Positions 1 to 13,470 are shown, numbered from the stretch's first letter. The stretch is DNA of 64,000 nt from Takakia lepidozioides (GCA_030704615.1 CM060731.1:71672001-71736000); one strand, 5' to 3'. A program made the numbers and translations. Notes: a model not told the origin generated them from the sequence alone.

Positions 1-489
1 GTCCCATGGGCCCTCAAGGTTTAGAAGTTTCTTTCATATGTCTCTCTCTCTGCGTCGCATCCCTGGCCATCCTGTGGGGACTATCAATTTCTTACTTTCT
101 CTCTCTGTTTAATTTAAAGCAAGGCTACGGCAAACAACGTCTTATGAGTACAATCTGTTCAATTTAAAGTACCATTTCATTTCATTCTCTCTGTTTAATT
201 TATATACTGCCCGGCGTCAGCCCCTGACAAAGGTAGTTTCTGTCCCTTTGTGTTCCACTCAAAGTGGGCGCGGGGTCAATGACCACAAGGCTATGTCAAA
301 CGTCTTATGAGTACATTCCGTTTAATTTACAGCATAAGAGAAGCAGATGCTCACAGAAAGAACAGTACTGACAGCAAAGTAATGACACATTGTTACTTTC
401 CTCCTGTTCTTTCTTTCCAGGAATAAGGACAAATTCCAAAATTTCTCACACTTTAATTGGCACACTGTCTTGCATGCATGTTGCTTGGT

Positions 490-862
490 TCACCAGTAAT
501 CACCACATGAACAAACTCCTTCGTTGAAATGGTGGAAGCGGTTGGCATCCTGTACAACAACAGCCCTCCTAACAATCTTCACGATGAACTTGGTGGCAGT
601 ATGGGAGTCACCACACACACAAAGGTTCTTGATGATGCGGATAAGTATCCTGGGGGGCGGGGGGTGCTAATGAGCCCAAAAAAATGGCCTGCTTCTCATG
701 GTGGTCGCTGGTTTTTTTCGCTCCTCCTTACAAATCATGCAACACAAAGCACATGTCAGGCACACTGGCCTTCTTCATCTGCCATCTTTCTTTAGTTCAT
801 CATGAATTTCCTCGATTTGTGGGTGCGACGAGTGTACAAATGTGTGCACCCAGCTGCAGACC
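490..862 (-). pseudogene. Decayed E+/DYW domain of PPR1
   Basis: Minus strand ends ...IIKNLCVCGDSHTATKFIVKIV...DANRFHHFNEGVCSCGDYW* (TGA 490-492). Several frameshifts; HSE motif broken; CxxCH reads CGDSH. Confidence 0.9.
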
Positions 863-2998
863 TCAATGCGCCTGTAGCCTACTTCCTTTGTGACACCTCT
901 TTCTTTCCACCTTTGCTTTATCTGGCCACCTGTCAGCTGCAGCGTAGATGTTTGATAGCAGCACATACGCTCGTGGATACCTCTTGACAATGCATTTTGC
1001 CACACATTCTGCTAGGACCACATTGCCATGAATTCTGCAGGCACCAAGCAAGGCTCCCCACACTGAAGCATCTGGTTCTATTGGCATTGTGTTAATGAAG
1101 TCCTCTGCCTCATCCAATCGCCCTGCGCGACCAAGAAGGTCCACCATGCAGCCGAAATGCTCCAATGTGGGGGTGAGGCCATAATCTTTCCTCATGGAAT
1201 CAAAGTAATGACAACCTTCATCAACCAGGCCCGCATGGCTACAAGCAGAGAGAACAGATATGAAGGTGATACTGTCTGGTTTGAAGCCTTTGCATTGCAT
1301 TTGTTGAAATATTTGGAGAACATCCCTACCACACCCATGCTGGCCATACCCTGCGATCATCACACTCCATGAGACTACATCTCGCACAGACATACTGTCA
1401 AACACTTGACGTGCATCCACTACGCTCCCACATTTAGCATACATGTCAACAAGAGTATTTTCCAAATCAATGTATGAGGGAATTCCGGCCTTGATGACAT
1501 CAGCATGGACCTCTTTGCCCTTTTCCAGGGCTCCTAGGCTGGCACATGCATTGAGAGCACAAATGAATGTGACAATGTTGGGTGTCACTCCTTCTCTCTG
1601 CATTTGCTCATAACACTTGAAAGCCTCTCTACCACATCCATGCTTGACATATCCTGTGATCATTGCACTCCATGACACCACATTTCGTTTAGCCATATTG
1701 TCGAACACTTGACGAGCATCATTCATGCTCGCACACTTAGCATACATGTCGACAAGGGTATTCTCCAATTTTATACAGGACAAAATTCCAGCTTTGATAA
1801 TGTCAGCATGGACTTCTTTGCCCTTTTCCAGGGCTCCTAGGCTAGCACAGGCATTGAGAATGCAAATGAAAGTAACCCGGTTGGGTGTCACCCCTTCCAA
1901 TTTCATCTGCTCATAGATCTTGAAAGCCTCCATACCGCACCCATGCTGAGCATACCCTTGGATCATCACACTCCATGAGACCACATCTTGTTTAACCATA
2001 CTCTCAAACACATGACAAGCATCCTTCATGCTCCCGCATTTGGCATACATGTCAACAAGGGTATTCTCCAAATTAATACTGAACACGATTCCAGCCTTGA
2101 TGATATCAGTGTGGACCTCTCTGCCCTTTTCCAGGGCTCCTAGGCTGGCACATGCATTGAGAACACAAACAAATGTGACTCTGTTGGGTATCACCCCTTC
2201 CCACTGCATTTGCTCATAGACCTCCAAAGCCTGCTTACCACCCCCATGCTGAGCATATCCTGCCATTATAACATTCCACGAGACCACATCTCGTTGAACC
2301 ATATTGTTGAACAATTGACGCGCATCTGTCATGCTACCGCATTTAGCATACATGTCAACAAGTGTATTCTCCAAATTAATATATGGCAGAATTCCAGCTT
2401 TGATGATGTCAGAGTGGACCCTTTTCCCCTTTTCCAGGGCTCCTAGGCTGGAAAATGCATTAAGAATACAAATGAATGTGACCCTATTTGGTGTCACCCC
2501 CTCCTTATGCATTTCGTCATAGATTGTGCAGGCCTCCTTACCACATCCATGCTTCGCATATCCTGCAATCATTGTAGTCCATGTAAACAAATCTCGTTCA
2601 GGCATGTTGTTAAACACTTGGCATGCATCCACCATCCTCCCGCACTTTGCATACATGTTGATGAGGGTGTTGAGTAGAAAGATGGTTGGCTGAAATCCAC
2701 TTTGGAGGATGTGGGCATGCACCTGCCTTCCCTTTGCTAGGTCTTTACGGTTGGTGCACTCCTGCAAGAGACAGCCATAAGTTTTGGAGTCTGCCTCAAT
2801 GCCTGGTTGTTTCAAAATGTCGAGTGCATCTGTCAGTCGTCCTGCCTTACATAGGGTCCTCACATAGCCACAACTGCCAGAAGAGTTATCGTTCATCCCG
2901 TCTTTTGGTCCTCCTTGCAAATTAGTGGTGATGGTGGGGGTGGAACCCCTGCTAGAAGTCTGATAAACAACAAATTGTGCCTGGTTCCATCCTGCCAT
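863..2998 (-). CDS. PLS-class PPR protein (PPR1): 5 MYAKC-type repeat units plus P2-L2-S2-E; frame lost before DYW
   Basis: 101-aa P-L-S periodicity (DVVSW / VTFICILNACASL / LVDMYAKCG), LSACSHAGLVDEG, MVDLLGRAG, WGALLGACRIHG, YVLLSNIYAA. Confidence 0.93.
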   Translation of the reverse strand: MAGWNQAQFVVYQTSSRGSTPTITTNLQGGPKDGMNDNSSGSCGYVRTLCKAGRLTDALDILKQPGIEADSKTYGCLLQECTNRKDLAKGRQVHAHILQSGFQPTIFLLNTLINMYAKCGRMVDACQVFNNMPERDLFTWTTMIAGYAKHGCGKEACTIYDEMHKEGVTPNRVTFICILNAFSSLGALEKGKRVHSDIIKAGILPYINLENTLVDMYAKCGSMTDARQLFNNMVQRDVVSWNVIMAGYAQHGGGKQALEVYEQMQWEGVIPNRVTFVCVLNACASLGALEKGREVHTDIIKAGIVFSINLENTLVDMYAKCGSMKDACHVFESMVKQDVVSWSVMIQGYAQHGCGMEAFKIYEQMKLEGVTPNRVTFICILNACASLGALEKGKEVHADIIKAGILSCIKLENTLVDMYAKCASMNDARQVFDNMAKRNVVSWSAMITGYVKHGCGREAFKCYEQMQREGVTPNIVTFICALNACASLGALEKGKEVHADVIKAGIPSYIDLENTLVDMYAKCGSVVDARQVFDSMSVRDVVSWSVMIAGYGQHGCGRDVLQIFQQMQCKGFKPDSITFISVLSACSHAGLVDEGCHYFDSMRKDYGLTPTLEHFGCMVDLLGRAGRLDEAEDFINTMPIEPDASVWGALLGACRIHGNVVLAECVAKCIVKRYPRAYVLLSNIYAAADRWPDKAKVERKRCHKGSRLQAH

Positions 2999-3995
2999 CC
3001 TGCAAAACTTTTAGTTACCAGCCAAGGAAGAAATCTGAATCCAAGGGACCTCCTATTATAACTGAAGCCTGGTAATTTGAACTTGTCTGTGAAAAACCGG
3101 AGGGAGCAGCTGGGCAGCCACAGACAACCAAAACCTCACATACACCAGGTGTGATAAGACAAATTCCAAGCCTCTTTTGAAATAAAATAACTTATGACAA
3201 GTTTTCCCTCAGAAAAAAATCAATATCCTCTAAGGAAGAAACATTGGGTAGCAATTGGGGTAGACTCACATTAACAGACCTGTTGTCCCACCTCTATGCT
3301 TATTGCTTCACTTGCATGCAGACACCACTTTAATAGGATCTTCAGTATCTCCTGGTTGCCTGAGTCAGATGCTCTTTGGGCTTCCATGGATGGAAAATCT
3401 GTCTCCTCCTGTTTGTATTTTTTGTTGTTATAATTTTTCCATGGGCCAGTATCGTTTCTTCTGTTTTCTTTCTTTCTGCTTAGGGGCACTCTGCTTCTGT
3501 GCAAAGATTAGGGTTTTATCTGTTCTTTGGTTTCTTCCTCGTCTTGTTTTCTCTCTCTCTGGCCATGCCAATGACACTGGCAGTTCAATAACAGATGCAT
3601 CAGATTTGGGGGGCAGCAGTGTTGCAACATTTGCTCTTCTAGAGTGCTGTCTGCATAGCAGCCCTAACATCACTACTCAAAGTCCTTCGACCACATGGAG
3701 CACTAGTTTCCTGGCTCTGTTTCCACACCTTGGTGGTTAAAAGCCCCTGGAGGGCACCTCCCGCGGGACTATGCTCTCAAGCGTACTTGATAGACAACGT
3801 TCTTCGGGGAGTCGAATGCGTGGCCTTTTCCATCCCACCGTGACTGAAAGTTGTCGCTGCGCTGCTCCATAGAGAGAACATGGGTGTCACATCCGTGGTT
3901 ACTAGCTATATAACTCTTGGTGAATTTGAGCGTTATGACAGGGCTCGTGCATAGCCCACAAAACTGCAATCGCAAATTCACCAAGAGTCATAGAG

Positions 3996-4030
3996 CTAGG
4001 ACTAAAGACTAGGACTAGGACTAGGACTAG
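3996..4030. repeat. (AGGACT)n microsatellite
   Basis: About 5 near-perfect hexamer units. Confidence 0.8.
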
Positions 4031-5034
4031 TGCATCCGATGCACACAGTTTAGTGATCTAAGGAAAGTACGCAGAGAGAGTACATATCTACCTCCGGGAG
4101 GCACCATAACCATCAATGGCAAGAGTCTCGGATCTGGCATTGCCAATCTAGATGCCGATTTCCGCTCCACAGCCTGGCCAATTAATCTGCTGCATGATGT
4201 GAGGCGCCTCCCCCATGTTGCGCAAGTAGAAGATCTCCCGACACGCAAGAGAATGGCAGATCGCTCCCTGGACATCGGGAGCCAAGACTGGCAAAACAAA
4301 GCGCTACAACTCATAAGCAGCAGGCTCCTCGAGTGCATGTGTCCACCAAATCTATCAACGTGGGTACAACTTGAAGTCTGCGCAAGCCCATCGAAAATGA
4401 ACGCACTTCGAAATGTAATCAGATTTTGCTGGGAAGAGCACAATGCATTGAAGTGGAATGCTCGAAATGAGGGTGCTGGGCTGTGCTGGACACAGACAAG
4501 GGGTCCTTTTTCAGGTGTTCTCTGTGTACCGCGTTGAAGTTGTATGCCATGCGAGTTGTATGAGCTTTGCTCTGTAGAGAGAGGGATGGGATAGAGTTTT
4601 GGGTGGAAGGCAAAACTTTCAGGTGGCCACCATAGCATTAGATCTTGGTGGGTTAAGGCTAGCTTTTGACAATATTCTTGCTCTGTCTGAAGCAGCACCA
4701 CGAGACATATACAAACCTGTCCAGATTTAAGATGCTGAATAAACTTGTGCACAAGGTTGGCCCACTCTAATCAAGCTCGTTATGGATCTTATTCACCTTC
4801 ATATTCAAGCTTCAAAGAAGATTCATCATCCACACCAGAATTAGACAGCACTCTGATTTCCTTCCACCATCACCAGAGTCGGTCAAAATCTGTAAATTCC
4901 CATAGCAATACATCATGGTACAAATTCTCAGGAAATGGTGGATGAACTGAGTAGCCACGCAGATCAATGAATAAGGCGATAAGACGCAGGTCAATGAATG
5001 AAGCAAGACACTCGCTTTCCAGAAAAATATAGTT

Positions 5035-5534
5035 TCACCAGAAATCCCACAAAAACAAACCCCATCTTCAAAGTGGTGAAAGTCGTTGGCGTCCCGTACA
5101 ACAATTGCTCGGCCGACAATCTTGGAGATGAACTTGGTGGAGGTGTGGCAGTCACCACACACCCGAAGATTCTTGATGAGACGGAGAGGCGTCCTAGGGG
5201 CTGTGCTCATCAGCCCAAAACCAATGGCCAGTTTCTCACAGTGGTGGCAAAGAGAAAATTCCTTTTGCTCCTCCCCACATCATACAATACAAAGCAGGTG
5301 TCAGGCACATACCCTGCCTCCTTCATCTGCCCAGACAATCCTCTCAACTCAGCATGGATTTCCTCAATTTTTGGATGCAATTTCTCATTTACAACAAATC
5401 TATGCACCCTGTTGCCGACCTCAATGGCCTAGCTCCTTTCTAACCCCTCTGACAGTCATCATTTTTCTCACTTTTGCACCATCATCCCTACCTGCCAGCT
5501 TTTTGGTAGCAACACATAGGTCGCAGCGTCCTGT
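5035..5534 (-). pseudogene. Frameshifted E2/E+/DYW remnant of PPR2
   Basis: Fragments HPKIEEIHAELRGLSGQMKEAGYVPDT and [43 protein letters not shown], then DFW* one base out of frame. Confidence 0.9.
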
Positions 5535-8246
5535 TCATCCCACTTGAGAATAGACACGTTCCGCCATCTCCACATTGCAATGGATTCTGCAGGCACCGAG
5601 CAAGGCCCTCAAAACCACAGAATTTGGTTTCATTGGCATTTTCTTAATGAAGTCCTCTGCCTCATCCAATCGCCCCGCACGGCCAAGAAGGTCCACCATG
5701 GAGCCGAAGTGCTCCACTGCTGGAGTGATGCCATGATCTTGACTCAGGGAGTCAAAGTAATATTTGCCTTCATCCACTAGGCCAGCGTGGCTGCATGCAG
5801 AGAGAACATATAGAAAGGTGATACTGTCCAGCTTCAAGCCTTCCACTTGCATCTCTTCCAATAGTTGCAGGGCCTCCATATCATAACCATGCTGGGCATA
5901 TCCTGCCATCATCGTGTTCCAGGACACCACATCTCGTTCGGCCATATGGTCGAACACTCCCTTTGCATCCTCAATGCTCCCACATTTGGCATACATGTCC
6001 ACGAGGGCAGTGCTCAGAATGAGATCTGGTACAATTCCAGCTTTGATGATGTCACCATGGACCTCTTTGCCCTTTTCCAGGGCTGCCAGGCTCGCACACG
6101 CATTGCAAATGCAAACAAATGTGATGTGGTCAGGCTTCACCCCTTCCCGCATCATTTGCTCATAGGTCTCCAAGGCCTCCAGCCCACACCCATGCTGCAC
6201 ATATCCTGCAATCATAGCACTCCAGGACACCACATCTCGTTTGGCCATATGGTCAAACACTCCCTCTGCATCCTCGATGCTCCCACATTTGGCATACATG
6301 TCCACAAGGGCAGAGTTCAGCATGACATTTGGTACAATTCCAGCTTTGACAATGTCACCATGGACCTCTTTGCCCCTTTCGAGGGCTGCCAGGCTTGCAC
6401 ATGCATGGCAAACGCAAACGAACGTGATGTGGTTGGGCTTCACTCCTTCCTGAATCATTTGCTTGTAGGTCTTCAAAGCCTCCATCCCACACCCATGCTG
6501 CGCATATCCTGCAATCATAGCACTCCAGGACACTACATTTCTTTCAGCCATATGGTCGAAGACTCCCTTTGCATTGTCAATGCTCCCACATTTGGCATAC
6601 ATATCGATGAGGGTATTGCTCAGAATGACATTTGGTACAATTCCAGCTTTGATGATGTCACCATGGACCTCTTTGCCCTTTTCCAGGGCTGCAAGGCTTG
6701 CACATGCATTGCAAATGCAAATGAATGTGATTTGGTTGGGCTTCACTCCTTCCTGCATCATTTGCTTATAGGTCTCCAAAGCCGCCATCCCACACCCATG
6801 CTGCACATATCCTGCAATCATAGCACTCCAGGACACCACATCGCGTTGGGCCATATGGTCAAACACTCCCTTTGCATCCTCGATGCTCCCACATTTCGCA
6901 TACATGTCCACAAGGGTATTGTTCAGAATCACATCCGGAACGATTCCAGCTTTGACGATGTCACCATGGACCTCTTTGCCCTTTTCCAGGGTTGCCAGGC
7001 TCGCACATGCATTGCAAACGCAAACAAATGTGATGTGATCGGGTTTCACCCCTTCCCGCATCATTTGCTCATAGGTCTCCAAAGCCTCCATCCCACACCC
7101 ATGCTGTGCATACCCTGTGATCATTGCGTTCCACGACACCACATCTCGTTCAGCCATATTGTCAAACACTCCCTTCACGTCCTCGATGCTCCCACATTTT
7201 GCATACATTTTCATCAGGGCAGTGTTCAAAACGACATTTGGTACAATTCCAGCTTTGCTGATGTCCCCGTGGACCTCTTTGCCCTTTTCCAGGGCTGCCA
7301 GTTTTGCACACGCATTGCAAACGCAAACAAACGTGATGTGGTTGGGCTTCACGCCTTCCCAGATCATTTGCTCATAGGTCTCCAAAGCCTCCGTCCCGCG
7401 CCCCTGCTGAGCAAATCCTGAGATTATAACATTCCACGACACCACATCTCGTTCAGCCATATTGTCGAACACTCCCTTTGCATTCTCGATGCTCCCACAT
7501 TTGGCATACATGTTCACGAGGGTGTTGTTCAGAATGACATCCGGGACGATTCCAGCTTTGACAATGTCACCATGCACCTCTTTGCCCTTTCCCAGGGCTG
7601 CCAGGCTTGCACACGCATTGCAAATGGAAACAAACGTGATGTGGTTGGGCTTCACCCCTTCCTGCATCATTTGCTCATATATCTCCAAAGCATTCCTACC
7701 ACACCCATGCTTGGTAAATCCTGCCATCATTATATTCCACGTGATCAAACATCGTTGAGGCATTCTAACGAACACTTGGTGAGCATCCACAATGCTCCCG
7801 CACTTAACATACATGTTCACAAGGGTGTTGTGAAGGAAAACGTTTGGCTTGAATCCACTTTGGATAATGTGAGTGTGCACCTGCTTTCCAGCTTCCAGGC
7901 CTTTCATCTTGATGCACTTATGCAAGAGAAAGACATAAGTATCTGAATCTGCTGAAATGCCTCCTTGGTTTAAAGTCTGTAGAGCCTCTTTCAGTCGCCC
8001 TGCCTCACATAGCATCCTCACATGCCCAGAAGTGCCAGAAGAGGCATTGTGGACTCCCTCTCTCGGTCCCCTTTCGGAAGCTGTGGTCATGGTTGAGGTG
8101 CCTGGTTTTATCAACTGTGCCGCCGCTGCCACTGCTTCAATTTGACCATATAGCCATGCAGGTTTCTTGAAGCTATCAATCCACAGGGAATCGTAGGTAA
8201 TTTTGAGCTTGAAATCCGGCTTTCTTGGATGAATCTGGACCCACAC
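5535..8246 (-). CDS. PLS-class PPR protein (PPR2): 7 repeat units, truncated in the E domain
   Basis: 903-aa ORF of near-identical 303-bp units. First ATG at 8090; the true 5' end may involve an upstream exon near 8560-8890. Confidence 0.92.
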   Translation of the reverse strand: MWVQIHPRKPDFKLKITYDSLWIDSFKKPAWLYGQIEAVAAAAQLIKPGTSTMTTASERGPREGVHNASSGTSGHVRMLCEAGRLKEALQTLNQGGISADSDTYVFLLHKCIKMKGLEAGKQVHTHIIQSGFKPNVFLHNTLVNMYVKCGSIVDAHQVFVRMPQRCLITWNIMMAGFTKHGCGRNALEIYEQMMQEGVKPNHITFVSICNACASLAALGKGKEVHGDIVKAGIVPDVILNNTLVNMYAKCGSIENAKGVFDNMAERDVVSWNVIISGFAQQGRGTEALETYEQMIWEGVKPNHITFVCVCNACAKLAALEKGKEVHGDISKAGIVPNVVLNTALMKMYAKCGSIEDVKGVFDNMAERDVVSWNAMITGYAQHGCGMEALETYEQMMREGVKPDHITFVCVCNACASLATLEKGKEVHGDIVKAGIVPDVILNNTLVDMYAKCGSIEDAKGVFDHMAQRDVVSWSAMIAGYVQHGCGMAALETYKQMMQEGVKPNQITFICICNACASLAALEKGKEVHGDIIKAGIVPNVILSNTLIDMYAKCGSIDNAKGVFDHMAERNVVSWSAMIAGYAQHGCGMEALKTYKQMIQEGVKPNHITFVCVCHACASLAALERGKEVHGDIVKAGIVPNVMLNSALVDMYAKCGSIEDAEGVFDHMAKRDVVSWSAMIAGYVQHGCGLEALETYEQMMREGVKPDHITFVCICNACASLAALEKGKEVHGDIIKAGIVPDLILSTALVDMYAKCGSIEDAKGVFDHMAERDVVSWNTMMAGYAQHGYDMEALQLLEEMQVEGLKLDSITFLYVLSACSHAGLVDEGKYYFDSLSQDHGITPAVEHFGSMVDLLGRAGRLDEAEDFIKKMPMKPNSVVLRALLGACRIHCNVEMAERVYSQVG

Positions 8247-11200
8247 TCTATCCCTGCTCTGTCAGCTATCCCTGCCTCTGCACAAATCATTTATAGATCC
8301 TTGCCTCGCTCCTAGCATCTGATAATGACAGCCTAGACTTGTTCACCCCAACCCTACTTATCACACACTAGAATTGCTCCAAGACTTTAAAAATGTACTG
8401 GGGAGAGAGAGGTGAAAATTTCCAACAAAGATTTGCATTCCATGTTGTTGTCGGCTTCTCTCTGTAATCTACCAGGCATTCACCTTTCTGCCTCGATTGT
8501 CCCACCCTTGACTGGGGTCCGGAAAATATTCATTCCAAAGGTTCTTCTCCTCTCTGTTATCTGTTTTCGGATACTTTCCTGTTGCCATATTGGCAGTAAC
8601 ATGTCAAAACCACTCCAAACCACCATAGATCCACCAAACGAGCTAACTTGCAGAATTCAACATGAAAAATTGCGGATCGCTGATAAGTGGGCAACTCACC
8701 CTGAGATGCATTTAAGAAAGTACCCTCACCACTTTGTCCTTGACCTTTTGTCATGAAAATGGCTAGATTTTCTTCCACCCATGGAGGATTCAACCGACCA
8801 TCAACTCCAAAGCACCACTCGTATGTGCTGCTTGTGTCTGTCATCAGGTGATCTCGGATTGGTCACACTGCAGCTGAGCAGCCATAGATTTAAGCACGGC
8901 CTCCTAAGACAAACTGACCCTCCCAAGTACCTAGTAAACAACAAGGAAGAAAAATACCAAATCATGATACTCACAGGAAGAGCCCACATTCTCAGCATAG
9001 ACAAACTTCTTCACAGCGTACATTAAGAAATCCACACCTTGTGGTTGCCTTTGTCCCACCACGGTGAAGGATCTTTAGAAACTTCATGCCAGCACTGCTC
9101 CATGCTCCCCAGTAGACTTTCGTTCCCGAAAAACCGACAGCATCAACATTTTTGGCAAGTTCCTTTATGGAAGAGTGCCGGCGAGCTTTCAACAACATTC
9201 ATGCAAGTCTCTTCGGGCTCCATTGGACTCTACATTATGATGAACATACAAACTGACACACATGCTAAACAAGCTTATGTCTGTAGTCTGGAGATTTTGG
9301 AGTGGTCTGAGAAATGACCACGGAACAGCTGAGCAGCCAGTCTCAACCCTCCCAAGTACCTTGCCAACTCCAGGGAAAAGACCTTGCTAATCCTACTTTC
9401 ATGCCCTGCTCAGGAAGAACAACCTCCGCTACTGACGGTAAAAGCAGGTTTTGCAGAGCAAAGCGAGATTCTGACTTCACTCATCAACTACGGGTACAAT
9501 CCAATCCACGCAATATGATCATACCAGAGTTCAGTCAAACTCCCTCATACTCCTTCACATCCTACATGAAGAAATCTCACCTTGTCAACGCAACTCTCCC
9601 TGTAAAGGATGTCTAAAGAACGCTTGCCAGCGCTGTTCCATGTTCCAGCATTGACCTACGCACCAGATATACCAATATCGGCCTTGTCTGATGATCCCGT
9701 GCGCTTGCTTCCTTCTTTGCCCACGATACATTCGTTTCCGATAATTTGCGCAATAGACAATTCCGAGCCTGGATCCGATGGCGCATACATAGAACCCAAC
9801 GACCCCGAAACAGGAAATCGCGAAGTGTTTCGTGTTCTCACCTAATTTGAATTGTATCCCTGAAGGCGCCATAGCCACCATATGCAAGGGACTCCGTCCT
9901 AAACGCATTGCCAAAGGGGATGCCGCTTTCACCTCCACAGCCCAGCCTTTAATCTGCTACATGACCCGAGGCGACCGAAGCGAGCGGACAGGCCCTGAGC
10001 ATGAGCATATGCGTGAAGGAGAACGCGGGAAGAGGCTGCCATGTGGGAATCTGACAGCATCAACATTTTGACAAGTTCTTTAGGGAGGAGTGCTAGTGAA
10101 ATTTCAACAACATTCATGCCAGTCACTTTGGTCTCCATTGGACTCTACGCAATGAGGAACATCCGAACATGTCCAAATTGCATACTGTCTGTAGTCTGGT
10201 AATTTTGTCCATGGCGTTTTTAAAGATCCTTCACAAGGGTGGGACAAGGGCAATCACAAGGTTTGGCTTTCTTAATGTATGATGTGAAGAAGTTTGTCTG
10301 TTGTGAGAGTGTGGGTTCTCCTGTCAGTATCATGATTTGGTATCTTTACAAGGTACTTGGGAGGGTCAGCTTGATCTTAGGAGGCGGTGCTCAAATCTAT
10401 GGCTGCTCAGCTGCACCGTGGTGGTTCTCACAGACCAATCCGAGATTACCTGACTACAGACACAAGCAGCACACAAAAGAGGTCCTTTTGGGTTGATGGT
10501 ATTCGAACGTTTGCGAGGCTTGCTGGGCATGAGTCCAGCTTGAATCCTCCGTGGGTGAAAGAAAAGCTAGCTGCTTTCATAACACAAGGTCAACCACAAT
10601 GTGGTGAGGGTACCTTCTTCAACATATTTCGGCCTATTTTGCCCGCTTATCAGTGTCGTGTTTCCGTGTTGAATTAGTTAGCTCGTTGGGTGGACCTATG
10701 GTGGTTTGTAGTGATTTGACATGTTACTGCCAATGTGGCAACAGGAAAGTATCCAAAAACGGATAAAAGAGACGAGGAGAAGCTTTGGAGTAAACATTTT
10801 TGGACCCCAGTCAAGGGTGGGACAATCGAGGCAGAAAGGTGAATGCCTGTTAGATTACAAAGAGAAGCAGACGACGACATGGAATGCAAAGCTTTGTTGG
10901 AAATTGTCATCCTCTCTCTCCCAGCACATTTTTGAAGTCTTTGAAGCAATTCAACATAGGAACTAGTGTGTCATAAGTAGGGTTGGGGTGTTTACTAAAA
11001 CGAATCTAGGCTGTCATTATCAGCTGCTAGCAGCAATGCCAGGATCTATTCGTCGTTTGTGCAGAGGCAGGGATAGCTGAAGGAGCAGGGATGGAGTTTG
11101 GTCCAGATTCATCCAAGAGGGCCGGATTTCAAGCACAAAATTACCTATGATTCACTGTGGATTGATAGCTACAAGAAACCTGCATGGGTAGATGGTCAAC

Positions 11201-13470
11201 TGGAAGAGCAGCACAGCTGATGAAATTAGCCACCTCGACCATGACCATAGCTTCTGAAAGAGGACCAAGAGAGGGAGTCCACAATGCCTCTTCTGGCACT
11301 TCTGGGCATGTGGGGATGGTATGCGAGGCAGGGCGACTGAAAGATGCTCTACAGACTTTAAACGAAGGAGGCATTTCAGCAGATGCAGATACTTATATCT
11401 GTCTCTTGCATGAGTGCATCAAGATGAAAGGCCTGGAAGCTGGAAAGCAGGTGCACGCTCACATTATCCAAAGTGGATTCAAGCCAAATGTGTTTCTTCA
11501 CAACACCCTTGTCAACATGTATGTTAAGTGCGGGAGCATCGTGGATGCTCACCGAGTGTTCAACAGAATGCCTCAACGATGTTTGATCACGTGGAATATA
11601 ATGATGGCAGGATTTGCCAAGCATGGGTGTGGTAGGAATGCTTTGGAGACATATGAGCAAATGATGCAGGAAGGGGTGAGGCCCAACCACATCACGTTTG
11701 TTTGCGTTTGCAATGCGTGTGCGAGCCTGGCAGCCCTGGGAAAGGGCAAAGAGGTCCATGGTGACATCATCAAATATGGAATTGTACCAAATGTTGTTCT
11801 GAACACTGCTCTGATGAACATGTATGCCAAATGTGGGAGCATCAAGGCTGCGAAGGGAGTGTTTGACAAGATGGCTGAACGAGATGTGGTGTCGTGGAAC
11901 GTGATGCTTGCAGGATATGCACAGCAGGGGCACGGGATGGAGGCTTTGGAGACCTATGAGCAAATGATGTGGGAAGGGGTGAAGCCCGATCACATCACGT
12001 TTGTTTGCGTTTGCAATGCGTGTGCAAGCCTGGCAGCCCTGGAAAAGGGCAAAGAGGTTCATAGTGACATCGTTAAAGCTAGGATTGTACCAGATGTCAT
12101 TCTGAACAATACCCTCATGGACATGTATGCAAAATGTGGGAACATTGAGGATGCGAAGGGAGTATTCGATAATATGGCTGAACGAGATGTGGTGTCGTGG
12201 AACGCTATGATCACCGGTTATGCACAGCAGGGGCGCGGGATGGAGGCTTTGGAGACCTATGAGCAAATGATGCGGGAAGGGGTGAAGCCCAACCACATCA
12301 CGTTTGTTTGCATTTGCAATGCGTGTACGAGCATGGCATCCCTGGAAAAAGGCAAAGAGGTCCATGGTGACATCATCAAAGCTGGAATTGTACCAAATGT
12401 CATTCTGAACAATACCCTCGTGGACATGTATGCCAAATGTGGCGGCATTGAGGATGCAAAGGGAGTGTTTGACCACATGGCTGAACGAAATGTGGTGTCC
12501 TGGAGTGCGATGATTGCAGGATATGTGCAGCATGGGTGTGGGATGGAGGCTTTGGAGACCTACGACCAAATGATGCAGGACAGTGTGAAGCCCAACCACA
12601 TCACCTTTGTTTGCATTTGCAATGCATGTGCGAGCCTGTCAGCCCTGGAAAAAGGCAAAGAGGTCCATGGTGACATCGTCAAAGCTGGAATCGTACCAAA
12701 TGTCGTTCTGAATACTGCCCTTGTGGACATGTATGCCAAATGTGGGGGCATCGAGGATGCAAAGGGAGTGTTTGACCATATGGCCGAACGAGATGTGGTA
12801 TCGTGGAGTGCTATGATTGCAGGATATGTGCAGCATGGGTGTGGGATGGAGGCTTTGGAGACCTATGAACAAATGATTCAGCAAGGAGTGCATCCCAACC
12901 ACGTCACATTCCTTTGCGTTTGCAATGCATGTGCAAGCCTGGCAGCCCTGGAAAAGGGCAAAGAGGTCCATGGCGACATCGTCAAAGCTGGAATCGTACC
13001 AGATGTCATTCTGAACAATACCCTCGTGGACATGTATGCCAAATGTGGGAGCATCGAGGATGCAAAGGGCGTGTTTGACCATATGGCCGAACGAGATGTG
13101 GTGTCCTGGAACACGATGATGGCAGGATATGCCCAGCATGGTTATGATATGGAGGCTCTGCAACTATTGGAAGAGATGCAAGTGGAAGGCTTGAAGCAGG
13201 ACAGTATCACTTTTCTATGTGTTCTCTCTGCATGTAGCCATGCTGGCCTAGTGGATGAAGGCAAATACTATTTCGACTCGTTGAGTCAAGATCATGGCAT
13301 TACTCCAGCAGTGGAGCACTTTGGCTCCATGGTGGACCTTCTTGGCCGTGCGGGGCGATTGGATGAGGCAGAGGACTTCATTAAGAAGATGCCAATGAAA
13401 CCAAATGCTGTGGTTTTGAGGGCCTTGCTCAGTGCCTGCAGAATCCATTACAATGTGGAGATGGCTGAAC
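5570..13470. repeat. Large inverted duplication; arms about 5570-9082 and 10215-13470
   Basis: PPR2 and PPR3 CDS plus about 1 kb of upstream sequence are reverse complements (e.g. 8400-8480 vs 10840-10922; 9030-9082 vs 10215-10266). Confidence 0.9.
10399..10677 (+). CDS. Candidate upstream N-terminal (targeting-peptide) exon of PPR3
   Basis: MAAQLHRGGSHR...FWVDG...LNPPWVKEKLAAFITQGQPQCGEG aligns with the PPR4 N-terminus MAAELTTGDFHR...WIAGSWNRPRVKAELAAMIQWRAQFGDG. Splice junction not established. Confidence 0.5.
   Translation: MAAQLHRGGSHRPIRDYLTTDTSSTQKRSFWVDGIRTFARLAGHESSLNPPWVKEKLAAFITQGQPQCGEGTFFNIFRPILPAYQCRVSVLN

Noticed and set aside
108-330. Short direct repeat (caaggcta...aacgtcttatgagtaca)
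   Set aside because: Two ~45-bp copies at the window edge; no function can be inferred.
5865-7421. 518-aa antisense ORF (also 11376-12599)
   Set aside because: Shadow frame of tandem PPR repeats; no independent protein features.
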